Source: a virus. Taken from it: 64,000 bases of DNA. The stretch is taken from IMG/VR virus record IMGVR_UViG_3300050821_003907, positions 1 to 64,000 of that record; one strand, written 5' to 3'. The position numbers and the translations under genes were made by a program. The notes beneath the pieces are model-generated. The model worked only from the letters and a program-made list of their open reading frames with translations. It did not search any database and was not told the origin of the DNA. Positions 1 to 9,451 of this stretch are shown in pieces. Numbering within the stretch: position 1 is the stretch's first letter; each line of letters starts with the position of its first letter.

Positions 1-50
1 TGACGCAAATCTCTCCCCACGTTTAAAAACCCAAAAATTGAGAACACAAA

Positions 51-66
51 AATGTGATATCACATT
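51..66. repeat. Perfect 16 bp palindrome AATGTGATATCACATT in AT-rich non-coding region
   Basis: Read directly; region 1-240 is AT-rich and lacks a credible ORF. Confidence 0.8.
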
Positions 67-108
67 CCGAAAACGCTGATTTTACTGGGTTTTACGTTAA
101 AAACTTGA

Positions 109-163
109 AAAAACTGTTCAGACGGTGCAAAATTGTGCGATTTGGAGATTCTGAACAGTTTTT
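109..163. repeat. 14 bp inverted repeat AAAAACTGTTCAGA / TCTGAACAGTTTTT, 27 nt spacer
   Basis: Arms 109-122 and 150-163 are exact reverse complements. Confidence 0.8.
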
Positions 164-249
164 CGCGCTTTCCGGCAGTTTTAAGGGCTTTTTTCGGCTA
201 GGATTCGCTCCCAGGAAGATTAAAGCGCTTATTGAAGGAGATATTAAGC

Positions 250-870
250 ATGGTGACGGTTGTCGCAGAAGCCACAGATGATGCCCTTGTGCTGTTTGAT
301 TACAGCGTAGAGCCGCTGAAGAAGACGCACCCTCAGTTGGATAGTTGGTTTCATCGCGTGGTAGTGGAACCAAGTCTTCAGCGATACGTGTATAAGTTGG
401 AGCTGTTTGAGCGTGATGGTGAGCCGTGGTTGCGTATTTTCAGGTACGACACTACTGCTGACGGACGCCGTTATCACGCGCGAGTGATGCTTCAGGCTAC
501 TTCCGGCGAAATTATCACCGGTGCAGCTGTTAAGGAACCCGTAGAACTTTCGCTGGAGAACTCCGTCGTAGGACGAAAGCTGGCGCGAGCACTACTGGAC
601 AGGGAGCAGTACGGTGCTGTGGACCTTGCGGCGGTAGCTGATACGGTAGACCCTCCGCTTGTAGGCGCCACTCCTGAAGAGAATGTAGTGGCCCTGAAGA
701 ATTACGTGGACTTCTTGCACGGTATTGAAATGCCGTGGGATGAAGCGGCGCACTACAAGCGTTGCATTAACTCTGCACTTATCTATATCGAGCAGGAGTC
801 AAGGTCACTATCGAGCGAAGCACTTAAGTACTACCTGGACAGGGTTGCAGAGTTCGTGGAGAAGCTCTAA
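250..870 (+). CDS. Hypothetical protein
   Basis: ORF; GAAGGAG RBS before ATG 250. Confidence 0.7.
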   Translation: MVTVVAEATDDALVLFDYSVEPLKKTHPQLDSWFHRVVVEPSLQRYVYKLELFERDGEPWLRIFRYDTTADGRRYHARVMLQATSGEIITGAAVKEPVELSLENSVVGRKLARALLDREQYGAVDLAAVADTVDPPLVGATPEENVVALKNYVDFLHGIEMPWDEAAHYKRCINSALIYIEQESRSLSSEALKYYLDRVAEFVEKL

Positions 871-1433
871 CGCTCTGAATGAGAATCCGGAGCTTGCCTT
901 GGGTATACCGCGCGAATTTCAATGCGCTCACTGCCCTTAGCTACAGACACTTGGGATATCAAGCGCGCCCACGCAGGCTTGGCGTACAGAGCGTCTAGCA
1001 AGTGACGGAAGTCTTGAGGTGCGCTTACCCACGTGAGCTTCTTGTCGGCATCTTCAACCACTGATTTCATCAGGTCAGCAGGGACTGTGCCTGCTTGCGC
1101 GATTAGGTGCAGTGGAAGCGGCTCGTCTTTAGCTAGCTTGCGGACATGGATTACGTTCAGGACAGAAGCGCTGGGGGTTGTGGTGTTCTGACCCTCGTAG
1201 AAGTGCGCTGTTCCGTTGTTGCTGACGGAGTAATGGTCGCCTTCCACAAGCATGGTGTCCTTGACCGCGACCGAATCGTAGTACCAGTCTCGGCCGTAGA
1301 CCATAGGCTCGCGTGCCTTAAGGGCCTTGGTGAGTTCTGCGCGAATCTCAGCGGCCTGGGCCGCAGGCACTTCAATTTCCGAGTTACGGAAAGACGGACT
1401 GATGGCCTGGTAGGTGACCTCATACGTGTTCAT
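867..1433 (-). CDS. Hypothetical protein
   Basis: ORF; AGGAG RBS before ATG at 1433. Confidence 0.7.
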   Translation of the reverse strand: MNTYEVTYQAISPSFRNSEIEVPAAQAAEIRAELTKALKAREPMVYGRDWYYDSVAVKDTMLVEGDHYSVSNNGTAHFYEGQNTTTPSASVLNVIHVRKLAKDEPLPLHLIAQAGTVPADLMKSVVEDADKKLTWVSAPQDFRHLLDALYAKPAWARLISQVSVAKGSERIEIRAVYPRQAPDSHSER

Positions 1434-1492
1434 TTTTAACTCCTGTGCGTTAGTGTGTTTGCTCAATCCTATCACAGGGTTAAACTAAGAAT

Positions 1493-1771
1493 ATGAGCGC
1501 TACAGGAACAGTGTCTTGCGACACTACAGCAACCAGTATCCTTACTCCGCTGGACTACCAAGGTGCCCGTTTTAAGAACCTAGGCCCTGCGAACGTGTGG
1601 GTAGGTCCCTCTTCGAGCATCACTGCCGACCAATCCTCAACTAGCGGTTACCCTCTAGCTCCGGGTGAGTCTGTGGAGATTGCGGCTCGAACATCAAACG
1701 ATACCGGTAGTGAGACCTGGTACGGCATTACGGACGAGGGCACCGCTGACGTAGCCTACATTGTCCATTAA
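1493..1771 (+). CDS. Hypothetical protein (small beta-rich, possibly virion-associated)
   Basis: ORF; TAAACT 6 nt before ATG. Confidence 0.65.
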   Translation: MSATGTVSCDTTATSILTPLDYQGARFKNLGPANVWVGPSSSITADQSSTSGYPLAPGESVEIAARTSNDTGSETWYGITDEGTADVAYIVH

Positions 1772-2393
1772 AGCTGCTCACTTCTACCACATATGGGCTG
1801 ACGGTGCGTGGCAGACGCCAACTATTGAGCATATTGCGGCTATTACTGAATTTTGCGGTGACGTGTTTCTAGGTGTTGTAGGGTCGCCGGAGAATCGCCA
1901 AGACGCCATCGCCTTGTTCAAGCGAAGTATTAGCGATATTCAGGTTATAGTCGAGGCTGATTCAGGTTTTGAACAAGTTACGCTTGAAGCCATGCACGGA
2001 TGGGCGAAAGAGCAGCCTGCTGGCATGCCTGTGTTCTATGCACACACCAAGGGTGCGGATAACAATAATGTTCGCCATGACTGGTGGCGCAGGTACATGA
2101 CGCATACACTGACCAAGAACGCCACAACTTGTATAGAACTGCTAGAAGACGTTGACGCTGTGGGCTGTCACTGGCAAGCTGACGGTAAGTTCTTTGCTGG
2201 CAACTTTTGGTGGGCTACTTCTGGTTTTCTGGCATCGCTGAACGCGCCTTCTACTAAAACCAGGTTTCACGCTGAAGCTTGGCTAGGGCATGGTAACCCT
2301 GCTATAGCTGACCTTAATCCTCGTGACCCGGAGCCTATTAACTGGGGCGTGCACTGGGATTCGATGACTCGAAAGCTTGTGCAGGAACTCTAA
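1761..2393 (+). CDS. Putative glycosyltransferase-like protein (YAHTKG / GNFWW motif family)
   Basis: Motifs FYHIW, FYAHTKG, FAGNFWWAT resemble a recurrent viral GT-like family; function inferred. Confidence 0.45.
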   Translation: MSIKAAHFYHIWADGAWQTPTIEHIAAITEFCGDVFLGVVGSPENRQDAIALFKRSISDIQVIVEADSGFEQVTLEAMHGWAKEQPAGMPVFYAHTKGADNNNVRHDWWRRYMTHTLTKNATTCIELLEDVDAVGCHWQADGKFFAGNFWWATSGFLASLNAPSTKTRFHAEAWLGHGNPAIADLNPRDPEPINWGVHWDSMTRKLVQEL

Positions 2394-2431
2394 GGTTTGC
2401 TCAAACTTACCATAACGGCTAGGCTTGCGGC

Positions 2432-2752
2432 ATGAGCGACCTAAAATATTTGCTAACAGAAGATGATGTGGCACAGGAGCTGTTCAAGTGGGAAGCACCG
2501 GTTACTCCTGAACGCTGGACGTGGCTTGAAGGACTGGGCATTCCGGACCTCAAGCAGTTCGTGTACCGTATCGACTTCGTGCAGATGTATGGTGAGGCTG
2601 AAGGTAACGCCATGAGATTGCACCGGTATGCCACAAATAACGAGAACAGCAGGTTCATTACCGCATGTCCGCACGGGGAACAGCATGCTGCTAGGATTAG
2701 GCCGTATCTGGTGCCATTGGCTGAACTTCCCCCGGAGGAATATCGTGATTAA
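2432..2752 (+). CDS. Hypothetical protein
   Basis: ORF; TAGGCT-N6-ATG. Confidence 0.65.
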   Translation: MSDLKYLLTEDDVAQELFKWEAPVTPERWTWLEGLGIPDLKQFVYRIDFVQMYGEAEGNAMRLHRYATNNENSRFITACPHGEQHAARIRPYLVPLAELPPEEYRD

Positions 2753-3089
2753 GGAACTTGCCTTCCTGTTCGAAGGACGCAATGATGGTCCTAAGGAAGA
2801 GTTTTGCACACAAGGAAATAACCGGATTGAGTTCAGAAAGGTTACTGTGCCCGCGCTAGGCGAGATGTTCTATTGCCTGGTCAAGGAAGAAACAGAGCCG
2901 GGAGTGTGGAAGATTACTCATCACACCTGGGGATGCACCAAGCTTGATGCTTTCATCGCTTACATGAACGAGGTAAGTAATCAGGCAGTAACGCGCATGC
3001 GAGCACAGGACCCGCCATCCATGACAGAAGCTGACCCTGTACGCGCGGAAGATTACCTGCCTCCGGGAGTCAGCCGCCTGATGTTCTAG
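2745..3089 (+). CDS. Hypothetical protein
   Basis: GTG start overlapping upstream stop, GGAGG RBS. Confidence 0.6.
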   Translation: MIKELAFLFEGRNDGPKEEFCTQGNNRIEFRKVTVPALGEMFYCLVKEETEPGVWKITHHTWGCTKLDAFIAYMNEVSNQAVTRMRAQDPPSMTEADPVRAEDYLPPGVSRLMF

Positions 3090-3099
3090 AATGGTAGGA

Positions 3100-3366
3100 A
3101 TGAGCTTCGATAAACTACTAGGTGGCGCAGCCTACCTAACACAGAACCAGGCTTTTCACGCGCTAGGCAAGCTGGGGCTAGAGTGGGAAATAGCTCAATA
3201 CCTTATTCTGCGGTCAATCGAGATACATAACTCGGATAGTTACGATGCGCGCTTTGTGTCATTCGCTACCAAGAACGGTACTGCGTACTGGCTTAGGTAT
3301 CACGTCAGGCTGAGCATGTGGTCACTGGCCAAGGACACCATACCGCCCGAAAACTTGCTAGCGTAG
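3100..3366 (+). CDS. Hypothetical protein
   Basis: ORF; TAGAAT-N7-ATG. Confidence 0.55.
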   Translation: MSFDKLLGGAAYLTQNQAFHALGKLGLEWEIAQYLILRSIEIHNSDSYDARFVSFATKNGTAYWLRYHVRLSMWSLAKDTIPPENLLA

Positions 3367-3370
3367 AAGC

Positions 3371-3679
3371 ATGAGTGAAGAAACTGAGCGCCTGGCAAGT
3401 ACGCACACCGAACTAGGTCCGGCTCCGTTGTGGAAGCGGACTCATCCCGTCGAGCACCTGCCCGACTACGTTGAGAACATTGCCGCTGCACTCCAGCGTA
3501 ACGGCATGGATGAATCTGAAGCCATTGCGACGGCCATCAACAGCGTTAAGCGCTGGCAGCATCCGGGCGAAAAAATAGGCCACGGCCACGTGCACCCGGA
3601 AGTTGTCCAAGCGTCAGGCGAGGCCGTGGCCGAATGGGAGCGGCTAAAGGCGGCTAAGCAGAGTAAGGATGAGAAGTAA
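3371..3679 (+). CDS. Conserved actinophage-type hypothetical protein
   Basis: LPDYVENIAAAL...SEAIATAINSVKRW pattern; TAGCGT-N6-ATG. Confidence 0.65.
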   Translation: MSEETERLASTHTELGPAPLWKRTHPVEHLPDYVENIAAALQRNGMDESEAIATAINSVKRWQHPGEKIGHGHVHPEVVQASGEAVAEWERLKAAKQSKDEK

Positions 3680-4159
3680 CTAGCAAACGCCCGGGTCCCA
3701 GCCCGCTTCAAACAGGTTGCTGAACTTCTCTTTCATGTAGTCATGTTGCTGCTGGGCTTGGCTAGCGACGTTTGGGTCAGGCTCTTCAACGCGCCCTGCG
3801 TCAGAAATTATCTTAAGGTCACCGGCTACACCGACAAATTTTCGCAAGATGTCCTGTACGCAGCCGTCTAGAGCTACTTCCATGCCTGCCATGCCGCGTT
3901 GCCCGTTAGCCCAAGAACGGTAGGACATGACGTTAGACTTTAGCAACTTCATCAGTTTCCGGTACGCTGCTGTGTATTCTCGCGGGTCAGGCCAGCGGTC
4001 CTTTTGTGCATGAACCCATTGCCACTCCAGGTCATTTCGCCGTACGCGAGCCATTTGCTCGTTTTCGGTGACGATTACCCGCTTTTCGGGGTTTTCCAGG
4101 AACCACTCGCATACACGGTAAGACTTGCCGTATTGTCGTGGCCAGATGAGCCAGCGCAT
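3680..4159 (-). CDS. Short terminase-like P-loop protein (Walker A PRQYGKS)
   Basis: MRWLIWPRQYGKS start resembles the TerL ATPase N-terminus; only 159 aa. Confidence 0.55.
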   Translation of the reverse strand: MRWLIWPRQYGKSYRVCEWFLENPEKRVIVTENEQMARVRRNDLEWQWVHAQKDRWPDPREYTAAYRKLMKLLKSNVMSYRSWANGQRGMAGMEVALDGCVQDILRKFVGVAGDLKIISDAGRVEEPDPNVASQAQQQHDYMKEKFSNLFEAGWDPGVC

Positions 4160-4222
4160 CTTGCATTCCCTTCTCCAGGAGACTGTGTTGACCACGCTAC
4201 CACACGTGGTAGGCTGTTCGGC

Positions 4223-4564
4223 ATGGGATGGAACGAAGCAGACGTATACGGCCAGCCAGAGAAGTTCGGGCTAAAGACTGTGACCGAGGTAAGCCCGTAC
4301 CTGAGCTACGAGTTCGACATGCTCGTGTTCTGGCAAGACATCGCTACAGGCGAGTTGTACTACGGCAGGGACAGCGGTTGCTCGTGCCCGTCGCCGTTCG
4401 AGACCTTCACGAGCCGGGACGACCTTGACGGTCCAGTTGACAAGAACCGTGCATACGAGCTGTTGGATGAGTTTGCGGCGGGATGGGTTCCAGGTCGCTA
4501 CGAGAAGTTCGAAGAGGTTCCGGTTCAGATTGCTGAGGCTAAGTCCGCGATTGCGGCACTATGA
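4223..4564 (+). CDS. Conserved actinophage-type hypothetical protein
   Basis: YEFDMLVFWQD...YYGRDSGCSCPSPFE motif; TAGGCT-N7-ATG. Confidence 0.65.
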   Translation: MGWNEADVYGQPEKFGLKTVTEVSPYLSYEFDMLVFWQDIATGELYYGRDSGCSCPSPFETFTSRDDLDGPVDKNRAYELLDEFAAGWVPGRYEKFEEVPVQIAEAKSAIAAL

Positions 4565-5314
4565 GCCTCTTTAAGGACCTCATCGGGTTTCTGAACGATA
4601 AGCGGTCTGAGCTAGGGAACGTGCTTGACGGTACTGCACGAGACGTAGACATCCTGGCTAAGCTTGACCTGCTTGACGAGATAGACGCTTTCCTGGAGGA
4701 GTGTTACTTATGATTTCTGAGTGTGACGCTATGCAGTACGGCGGTGCACCTTCGATGTTTGACGGGCAGTGTCGTTGCCTGGTGTGTGCTCGTTGTGGGC
4801 ATCACACGGGGAACAGCCATCAGGGGCACTTCTGGTCGATGTGCAAGGCTACGCGCTCCCTACGGGACTTTCACTTCTGCTGCCCGGATACGGAGCACGG
4901 TTGCGAACTAGAAAGCAAGTAAGCACTTACTCATCACCGTTCCTGGTTAACCCGATGTGCATGGATTCCGGTACGCTAGCCTGGTTTTACGCACGTGAGG
5001 CGTTCGTGAGCACCGGAGACCCGGAAGCTTACGATAAGCTGCTGGGGTACGTGACGCTGGACAACCCGCTTCCTGCTTAGGAGTAGCTTGTGTTTATTCA
5101 CTGCATGGACGGCTGGCGCATGGTTTTTTGCTGGCTTGACAACCTTGTCCCGCACAAGGACACCGAAGATGGTGCTATGGTAGGGCGGCTAGGTTTCGGG
5201 TGGGTGTGCCGCTTGCACGATGCCGTAGGGTACTACGGGGAATAGCCTGCGGCTGCGCTGTGTTGTGAGGGGTGAGGCGACCCTAGACGATAACAGCAAG
5301 AAAAAGAGGTACCC

Positions 5315-6502
5315 ATGCCGCAGCAGTACGGGAAGAACCGGTTGCTCTACTGGGCAACAGACATCGAAGGTGACACGCTTGAGCAGGCTGCTCGCGCGTC
5401 CCGCTTGCCATTCGTGGAGAGTCACGTTGCCCTGATGCCTGACGCTCACGTCGGCATGGGCGCTACCGTTGGCTCGGTCATCCCCACCAAGGGCGCAATC
5501 ATTCCTGCTGCGGTAGGCGTGGACATCGGGTGCGGGATGATTGCCACCGAGACAGGTTACACGGCGCATGACCTGCCGGATGACCTTAGCCCGCTGATGT
5601 CGCTGATTGAGCAGCGAATCCCGGCAGGTGTAGGCGCGGGACACGGCACTAACGACAACGTTGACCTGAACCTGTTTCCTGGATGGGGTCCGCTGGGCCT
5701 CACGTCGGCTCAGGAGCACACGCTTTGCTCTCAGTTCGGGTCGCTAGGCTCGGGAAACCACTTCGTTGAGGTGGGACTTGACCCTAACGGGTTCGTGTGG
5801 ACGGTACTTCACTCCGGAAGTCGTGGCATTGGCAACCAGCTAGCCAGTGGCCACATCAAGAAGGCAAAGGGGCTGATGAAGCAACTTTCAGTTAGCCTCG
5901 AAGACCCTGACCTGGCGTACTTCCTTGAAGGTACACCTGAGTTCCAGGAATATATGCGAGACCTTCTATGGGCACAGAATTACGCTTACGGTAACCGTCA
6001 GGCGATGAACCAAGCCCTGCTGAAGTCCTTGTTCGAAGTTGTAGGCATGCCTGCGGTGTGGGAAACCATTGACGACGGCATCGTTGAAGTCATCAACTGC
6101 CATCACAACTACACTGCGCGGGAAACTCACAACGGCAAGGAACTGTGGATTACCCGCAAGGGCGCAATTCGGGCTGACGTAAATGACCTGGGCGTCGTTC
6201 CTGGCTCCATGGGCACGAGCACGTTCATCACCCGTGGCCTGGGCAACCCGGAGTCTTTCAATAGCAGCTCTCACGGAGCGGGCCGCAAGATGAGCCGTTC
6301 CAGGGCTAAGCGTGAGCTTGACCGCGCTGCGTTCACCGAGCACATGTCTCGCGCGGGAATAACCTGGAATGCTGAACGCGTTGATGCGCTCATAGATGAG
6401 GCTCCTCTGGCGTACAAGGATATTCATAATGTGATGGCCGACCAGGCTGACTTGTGCGAGGTAGTCACAGAGATTAGCCAGGTTTTCAATTACAAGGGGT
6501 AG
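5315..6502 (+). CDS. rtcB: RtcB-family RNA ligase
   Basis: MPDAHVG, VGVDIGCG, GSLGSGNHF, LHSGSRG, HHNY, TRKGA, PGSMG, SHGAGR, DEAPLAYKDI motifs. Confidence 0.95.
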   Translation: MPQQYGKNRLLYWATDIEGDTLEQAARASRLPFVESHVALMPDAHVGMGATVGSVIPTKGAIIPAAVGVDIGCGMIATETGYTAHDLPDDLSPLMSLIEQRIPAGVGAGHGTNDNVDLNLFPGWGPLGLTSAQEHTLCSQFGSLGSGNHFVEVGLDPNGFVWTVLHSGSRGIGNQLASGHIKKAKGLMKQLSVSLEDPDLAYFLEGTPEFQEYMRDLLWAQNYAYGNRQAMNQALLKSLFEVVGMPAVWETIDDGIVEVINCHHNYTARETHNGKELWITRKGAIRADVNDLGVVPGSMGTSTFITRGLGNPESFNSSSHGAGRKMSRSRAKRELDRAAFTEHMSRAGITWNAERVDALIDEAPLAYKDIHNVMADQADLCEVVTEISQVFNYKG

Positions 6503-6632
6503 TAGTGTTCGAGTACACGTCGTACTTTTCCGGGGATTGCACGTGTGGGCATGAACCGGAAGAGCACGGCTGGGGTAGTTGCGGTGCCGATAACGAAGAC
6601 GGTCCTTGTGACTGTGAATCAGGGTGGGAAGA

Positions 6633-6881
6633 ATGACTGACGTTTACGTAGTGCTAATTCAAGACCGGCATGCTGACCCGGATGTTGAAGTATTCGCGGA
6701 CCCGGTAGACGCTATCGAGTATGCCGAAAAGGAAGTGCGAGACGGAGCTCGCGGTAACATTGACGACATCGAATACTACGAAATTACCGACAGCATGCGA
6801 CGAGACGGCTGCCTGATGTTTGCTACTTACAGCTGTGAAGGTGACAGCGTTCGCGTTACGAAGCACCAGGTGTCCGAATGA
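6633..6881 (+). CDS. Hypothetical protein
   Basis: ORF, acidic. Confidence 0.55.
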   Translation: MTDVYVVLIQDRHADPDVEVFADPVDAIEYAEKEVRDGARGNIDDIEYYEITDSMRRDGCLMFATYSCEGDSVRVTKHQVSE

Positions 6882-7138
6882 GTTATGTGCTCTGCAATGA
6901 AAAGTCCGATGTTTACTTGCTGGAAGTCATGCATAACACTTCTAAGGTGCTACAGTGCGTTGAGTGCAAGTTCGTTCCTGAAGATGAAAACGGGAACAGG
7001 CTAGAGCCGGACCCTGTCTTTCATTATTGCAAGTTCATCGACCAGCACCTTAAGCTGCACTGCTTTGCGGGCCACAAGGTACCGGCGAGCATGTTCACCA
7101 GTATCCGGCGCAGTAGCAACACGTGGCTTAAGGACTAG
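6878..7138 (+). CDS. Hypothetical protein (Cys/His, possible Zn-binding)
   Basis: Overlapping start/stop; CxxC and HxxxH. Confidence 0.55.
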   Translation: MSYVLCNEKSDVYLLEVMHNTSKVLQCVECKFVPEDENGNRLEPDPVFHYCKFIDQHLKLHCFAGHKVPASMFTSIRRSSNTWLKD

Positions 7139-7141
7139 CAG

Positions 7142-7399
7142 ATGGCTGACGCGACTTCCCTGATTCAGTTCCTTGAGGGCATTGACCTGGAGGGTGCGCC
7201 TCCATGCGAGATATACGACGAAGAAGGGGTTACCAAGTGCGGTAACCCCTCTATCGCCCGTGTAGTAGTGGACTGTGCTAATTGCAGTAAAACTACCAGA
7301 CCGCGTTTTGTTTGTCACGAGTGCCTGCCGTACTTCCAGGACAAGGCAGTAAACCACATTCCTTGCGGGACGCTTATAACAAATTGGAAGCGCATTTAA
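7142..7399 (+). CDS. Cys-rich hypothetical protein
   Basis: ORF with CxxC pairs. Confidence 0.55.
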   Translation: MADATSLIQFLEGIDLEGAPPCEIYDEEGVTKCGNPSIARVVVDCANCSKTTRPRFVCHECLPYFQDKAVNHIPCGTLITNWKRI

Positions 7400-8166
7400 G
7401 GATTCAGGGTGTACTTCTGGTAGAGGAACGTCAGCGTATGACCTTGCGTGCCGTGTACTTCAGACCCGAATTGCACACCGTAGAGCCGTGCGCTAGGTGG
7501 AACCGTTTCAGACGTGCGATGGTCCTTCTGAAGTGCGTGGAGCAAGTCAGCTACGTGAATAGTTCCCGAAGTACTGTTTTTTGGCAGTACAAGGTCCACG
7601 CGGCGGCAGCCAAGGCAGCCAAACAGGTTCCACTTCTGGCCGTCAACGGTGATGGTTCCCTCGGCAGCGCTACCGGTACTTTGCCCGTGCGTGTACACCC
7701 AGAACATGACTTCATTAGAGCCATTAGCGACTTCACCGTTGATGCCGATGTCGTAGGCTACATTCCACTGCCCGTAATTGCTGGGAACGCTGACGTTGTA
7801 AGTGCTGATAAGGGTTTTGACAGAGCTAACTGCTTCTCCGTTATAGTCCTTTTCCTCGTTAGCGTAAGGCCAGCCACCGTAAGGGTCAGAATTAGCACAA
7901 AAGCCCCACTCACCTTTAGTGGTAGTAGTGAACATGGTGAACTTATCGGAACTGTCAGTGCCCCACTGATTGGCGTTGAGGGCGTACGTGCTTCCGTCAG
8001 TTCCAGTGAACGACCGGGAAGTCCACGAGCCGGTGGACGACCAGTTAGTCCCGTTAGGCGGGCACTTCTGGTTAGGCGCAGTAGAGGCCATTGCCGCAGA
8101 AGCGGGAAGCATGAACAGTCCGGCCGCGAGGACGGCCATTATCGCGAATATCTTGTACAGAATCAT
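7396..8166 (-). CDS. Secreted glycoside hydrolase family 12 (endoglucanase/xyloglucanase-like)
   Basis: Signal peptide; NANQWG, WNVAYDI, NEVMFWV and GVQFGSE motifs with both catalytic Glu; start reassigned to ATG 8166. Confidence 0.8.
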   Translation of the reverse strand: MILYKIFAIMAVLAAGLFMLPASAAMASTAPNQKCPPNGTNWSSTGSWTSRSFTGTDGSTYALNANQWGTDSSDKFTMFTTTTKGEWGFCANSDPYGGWPYANEEKDYNGEAVSSVKTLISTYNVSVPSNYGQWNVAYDIGINGEVANGSNEVMFWVYTHGQSTGSAAEGTITVDGQKWNLFGCLGCRRVDLVLPKNSTSGTIHVADLLHALQKDHRTSETVPPSARLYGVQFGSEVHGTQGHTLTFLYQKYTLNP

Positions 8167-8217
8167 GTATAAGAGGCTAGCCGGAATAAGCGAACTGCAC
8201 TGGGTGTTAGAGGGGTA

Positions 8218-8787
8218 ATGACGACGTGGAAATTCTGGAAGCGGCCTGACTGGCCTGAGTACTTTCTCGACATGGCTGAGACTGTCAGCGAGAGAGCAGA
8301 CTGCACGCGCCGCAACGTCGGCGCTGTCATCGCCAAGGACAACCGCATTGTCGCGACGGGCTACAACGGAGCGCCCTCCGGTGAAGGTTCTTGCCTTGAG
8401 GGAGACTGCCCGCGCGGAAAGCATTACAAGGTCTCCTACACAAATCACCATGACTTTGATTCAGTAGGGTGCGGTACATGCGGAAACCTAGGCTGGCCAT
8501 GCAATGCTTCGGTGGAACCGGGTTCTAGCTATGACACAGGCGCAGGGTCGTGCATTGCCGTTCATGCTGAACTTAACGCGCTCTTGTATGCCGACCGTGA
8601 TAAGTGCGAAGGTGCATCGATTTACGTTACGGCTGTCGCCGCTGACATTCGTGATGGCAAGAGGTACAACAACCGCCGTGTCAGTGGCGAGCCGTGTGGT
8701 GGCTGCATGAGGGCCATCAAGGGAGCGGGAATAGCTCACGCGGTGTGGACGTTGGACTATGACAAGACCGGCACGTGGGATAGGTAG
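8218..8787 (+). CDS. dCMP/cytidine deaminase
   Basis: RRNVGAVI, ATGYNG, HAELNAL and PCGGC zinc motifs. Confidence 0.9.
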   Translation: MTTWKFWKRPDWPEYFLDMAETVSERADCTRRNVGAVIAKDNRIVATGYNGAPSGEGSCLEGDCPRGKHYKVSYTNHHDFDSVGCGTCGNLGWPCNASVEPGSSYDTGAGSCIAVHAELNALLYADRDKCEGASIYVTAVAADIRDGKRYNNRRVSGEPCGGCMRAIKGAGIAHAVWTLDYDKTGTWDR

Positions 8788-8792
8788 GGGAC

Positions 8793-9062
8793 ATGGTCGA
8801 AATCGCTCGCAAGTCCACGGTAAGCTTCACTATGTCTGACCAGGACGCTCGCGACCTGTGGATGACGCTAGACGAAGCGCTATGGGCCACAGCTCAGCCG
8901 CTGGCTCAGGACGGTATGCCCTTCAACTGGCGAGGTAACCCCGGACTCCTGGCAGCGCTGCGCGACCAGCTAGGTACGCTGTACGCTCCGCCTGCGACCA
9001 TGATGCCTACTGCACCACTCAACCCCGCCATCATGGCCCCGGCTCCTGTCCCGCAGTACTAA
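8793..9062 (+). CDS. Hypothetical protein
   Basis: ORF with GGGG RBS. Confidence 0.55.
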   Translation: MVEIARKSTVSFTMSDQDARDLWMTLDEALWATAQPLAQDGMPFNWRGNPGLLAALRDQLGTLYAPPATMMPTAPLNPAIMAPAPVPQY

Positions 9063-9120
9063 TTTAGAAGTTTTTGCTCAAGATGGTTTGAGCACTCCGA
9101 AAGCGTGGTAAGGTAGAAGC

Positions 9121-9228
9121 ATGATGACGAAGACCTCCGCACTGAGCGGCACCGGACGAGCCTACTGGCACTGCCAGCGGGTCATCCGCTGTGCCTTCAG
9201 CGCACCGAAGCTGGGCAACCCTGGTTAG
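9121..9228 (+). CDS. Possible 35 aa leaderless peptide
   Basis: TAAGGT-N6-ATG; followed by a terminator hairpin. Confidence 0.35.
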   Translation: MMTKTSALSGTGRAYWHCQRVIRCAFSAPKLGNPG

Positions 9229-9252
9229 GGGCATAATCTCGGAAAATCGAGA

Positions 9253-9300
9253 GACCGCCCCGGAATAAACCGGAGGCGGTCTTCGTTGTTAGAGGGTACA
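9253..9300 (+). terminator. Intrinsic terminator-like hairpin
   Basis: GACCGCC-CCGG...CCGG-A-GGCGGTC then TTCGTTGTT. Confidence 0.65.
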
Positions 9301-9331
9301 AGCGCAAAACAACTAAATAAGAAAAACGTAT

Positions 9332-9402
9332 AGGTCACTGGTGTACCGGAAGCACACGAGGCTCCAACCCTCTTAGACAGAGTTCGACTCTCTGGTGGCC
9401 TG
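9332..9402 (+). tRNA. tRNA-Trp(CCA)
   Basis: AGGTCAC/GTGGCCT acceptor; loop CTCCAAC; TTCGA T-loop. Confidence 0.85.
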
Positions 9403-9428
9403 CACGGACTTCGCTACGGCGAGTGTCC

Positions 9429-9451
9429 TGTTATTTGACAACTCAACAGTG
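9429..9451 (+). promoter_or_regulatory. rrn-leader boxA-like antitermination element
   Basis: TGTTATTTGACAACTCAACAGTG resembles actinobacterial rrn leader TGTTGTTTGAGAACTCAA. Confidence 0.6.

Noticed and set aside
51-66. CRP site (TGTGA...TCACA)
   Set aside because: Half-sites are 2 nt apart rather than 6
7312-8172. 286 aa plus-strand ORF
   Set aside because: Antisense shadow of the GH12 gene
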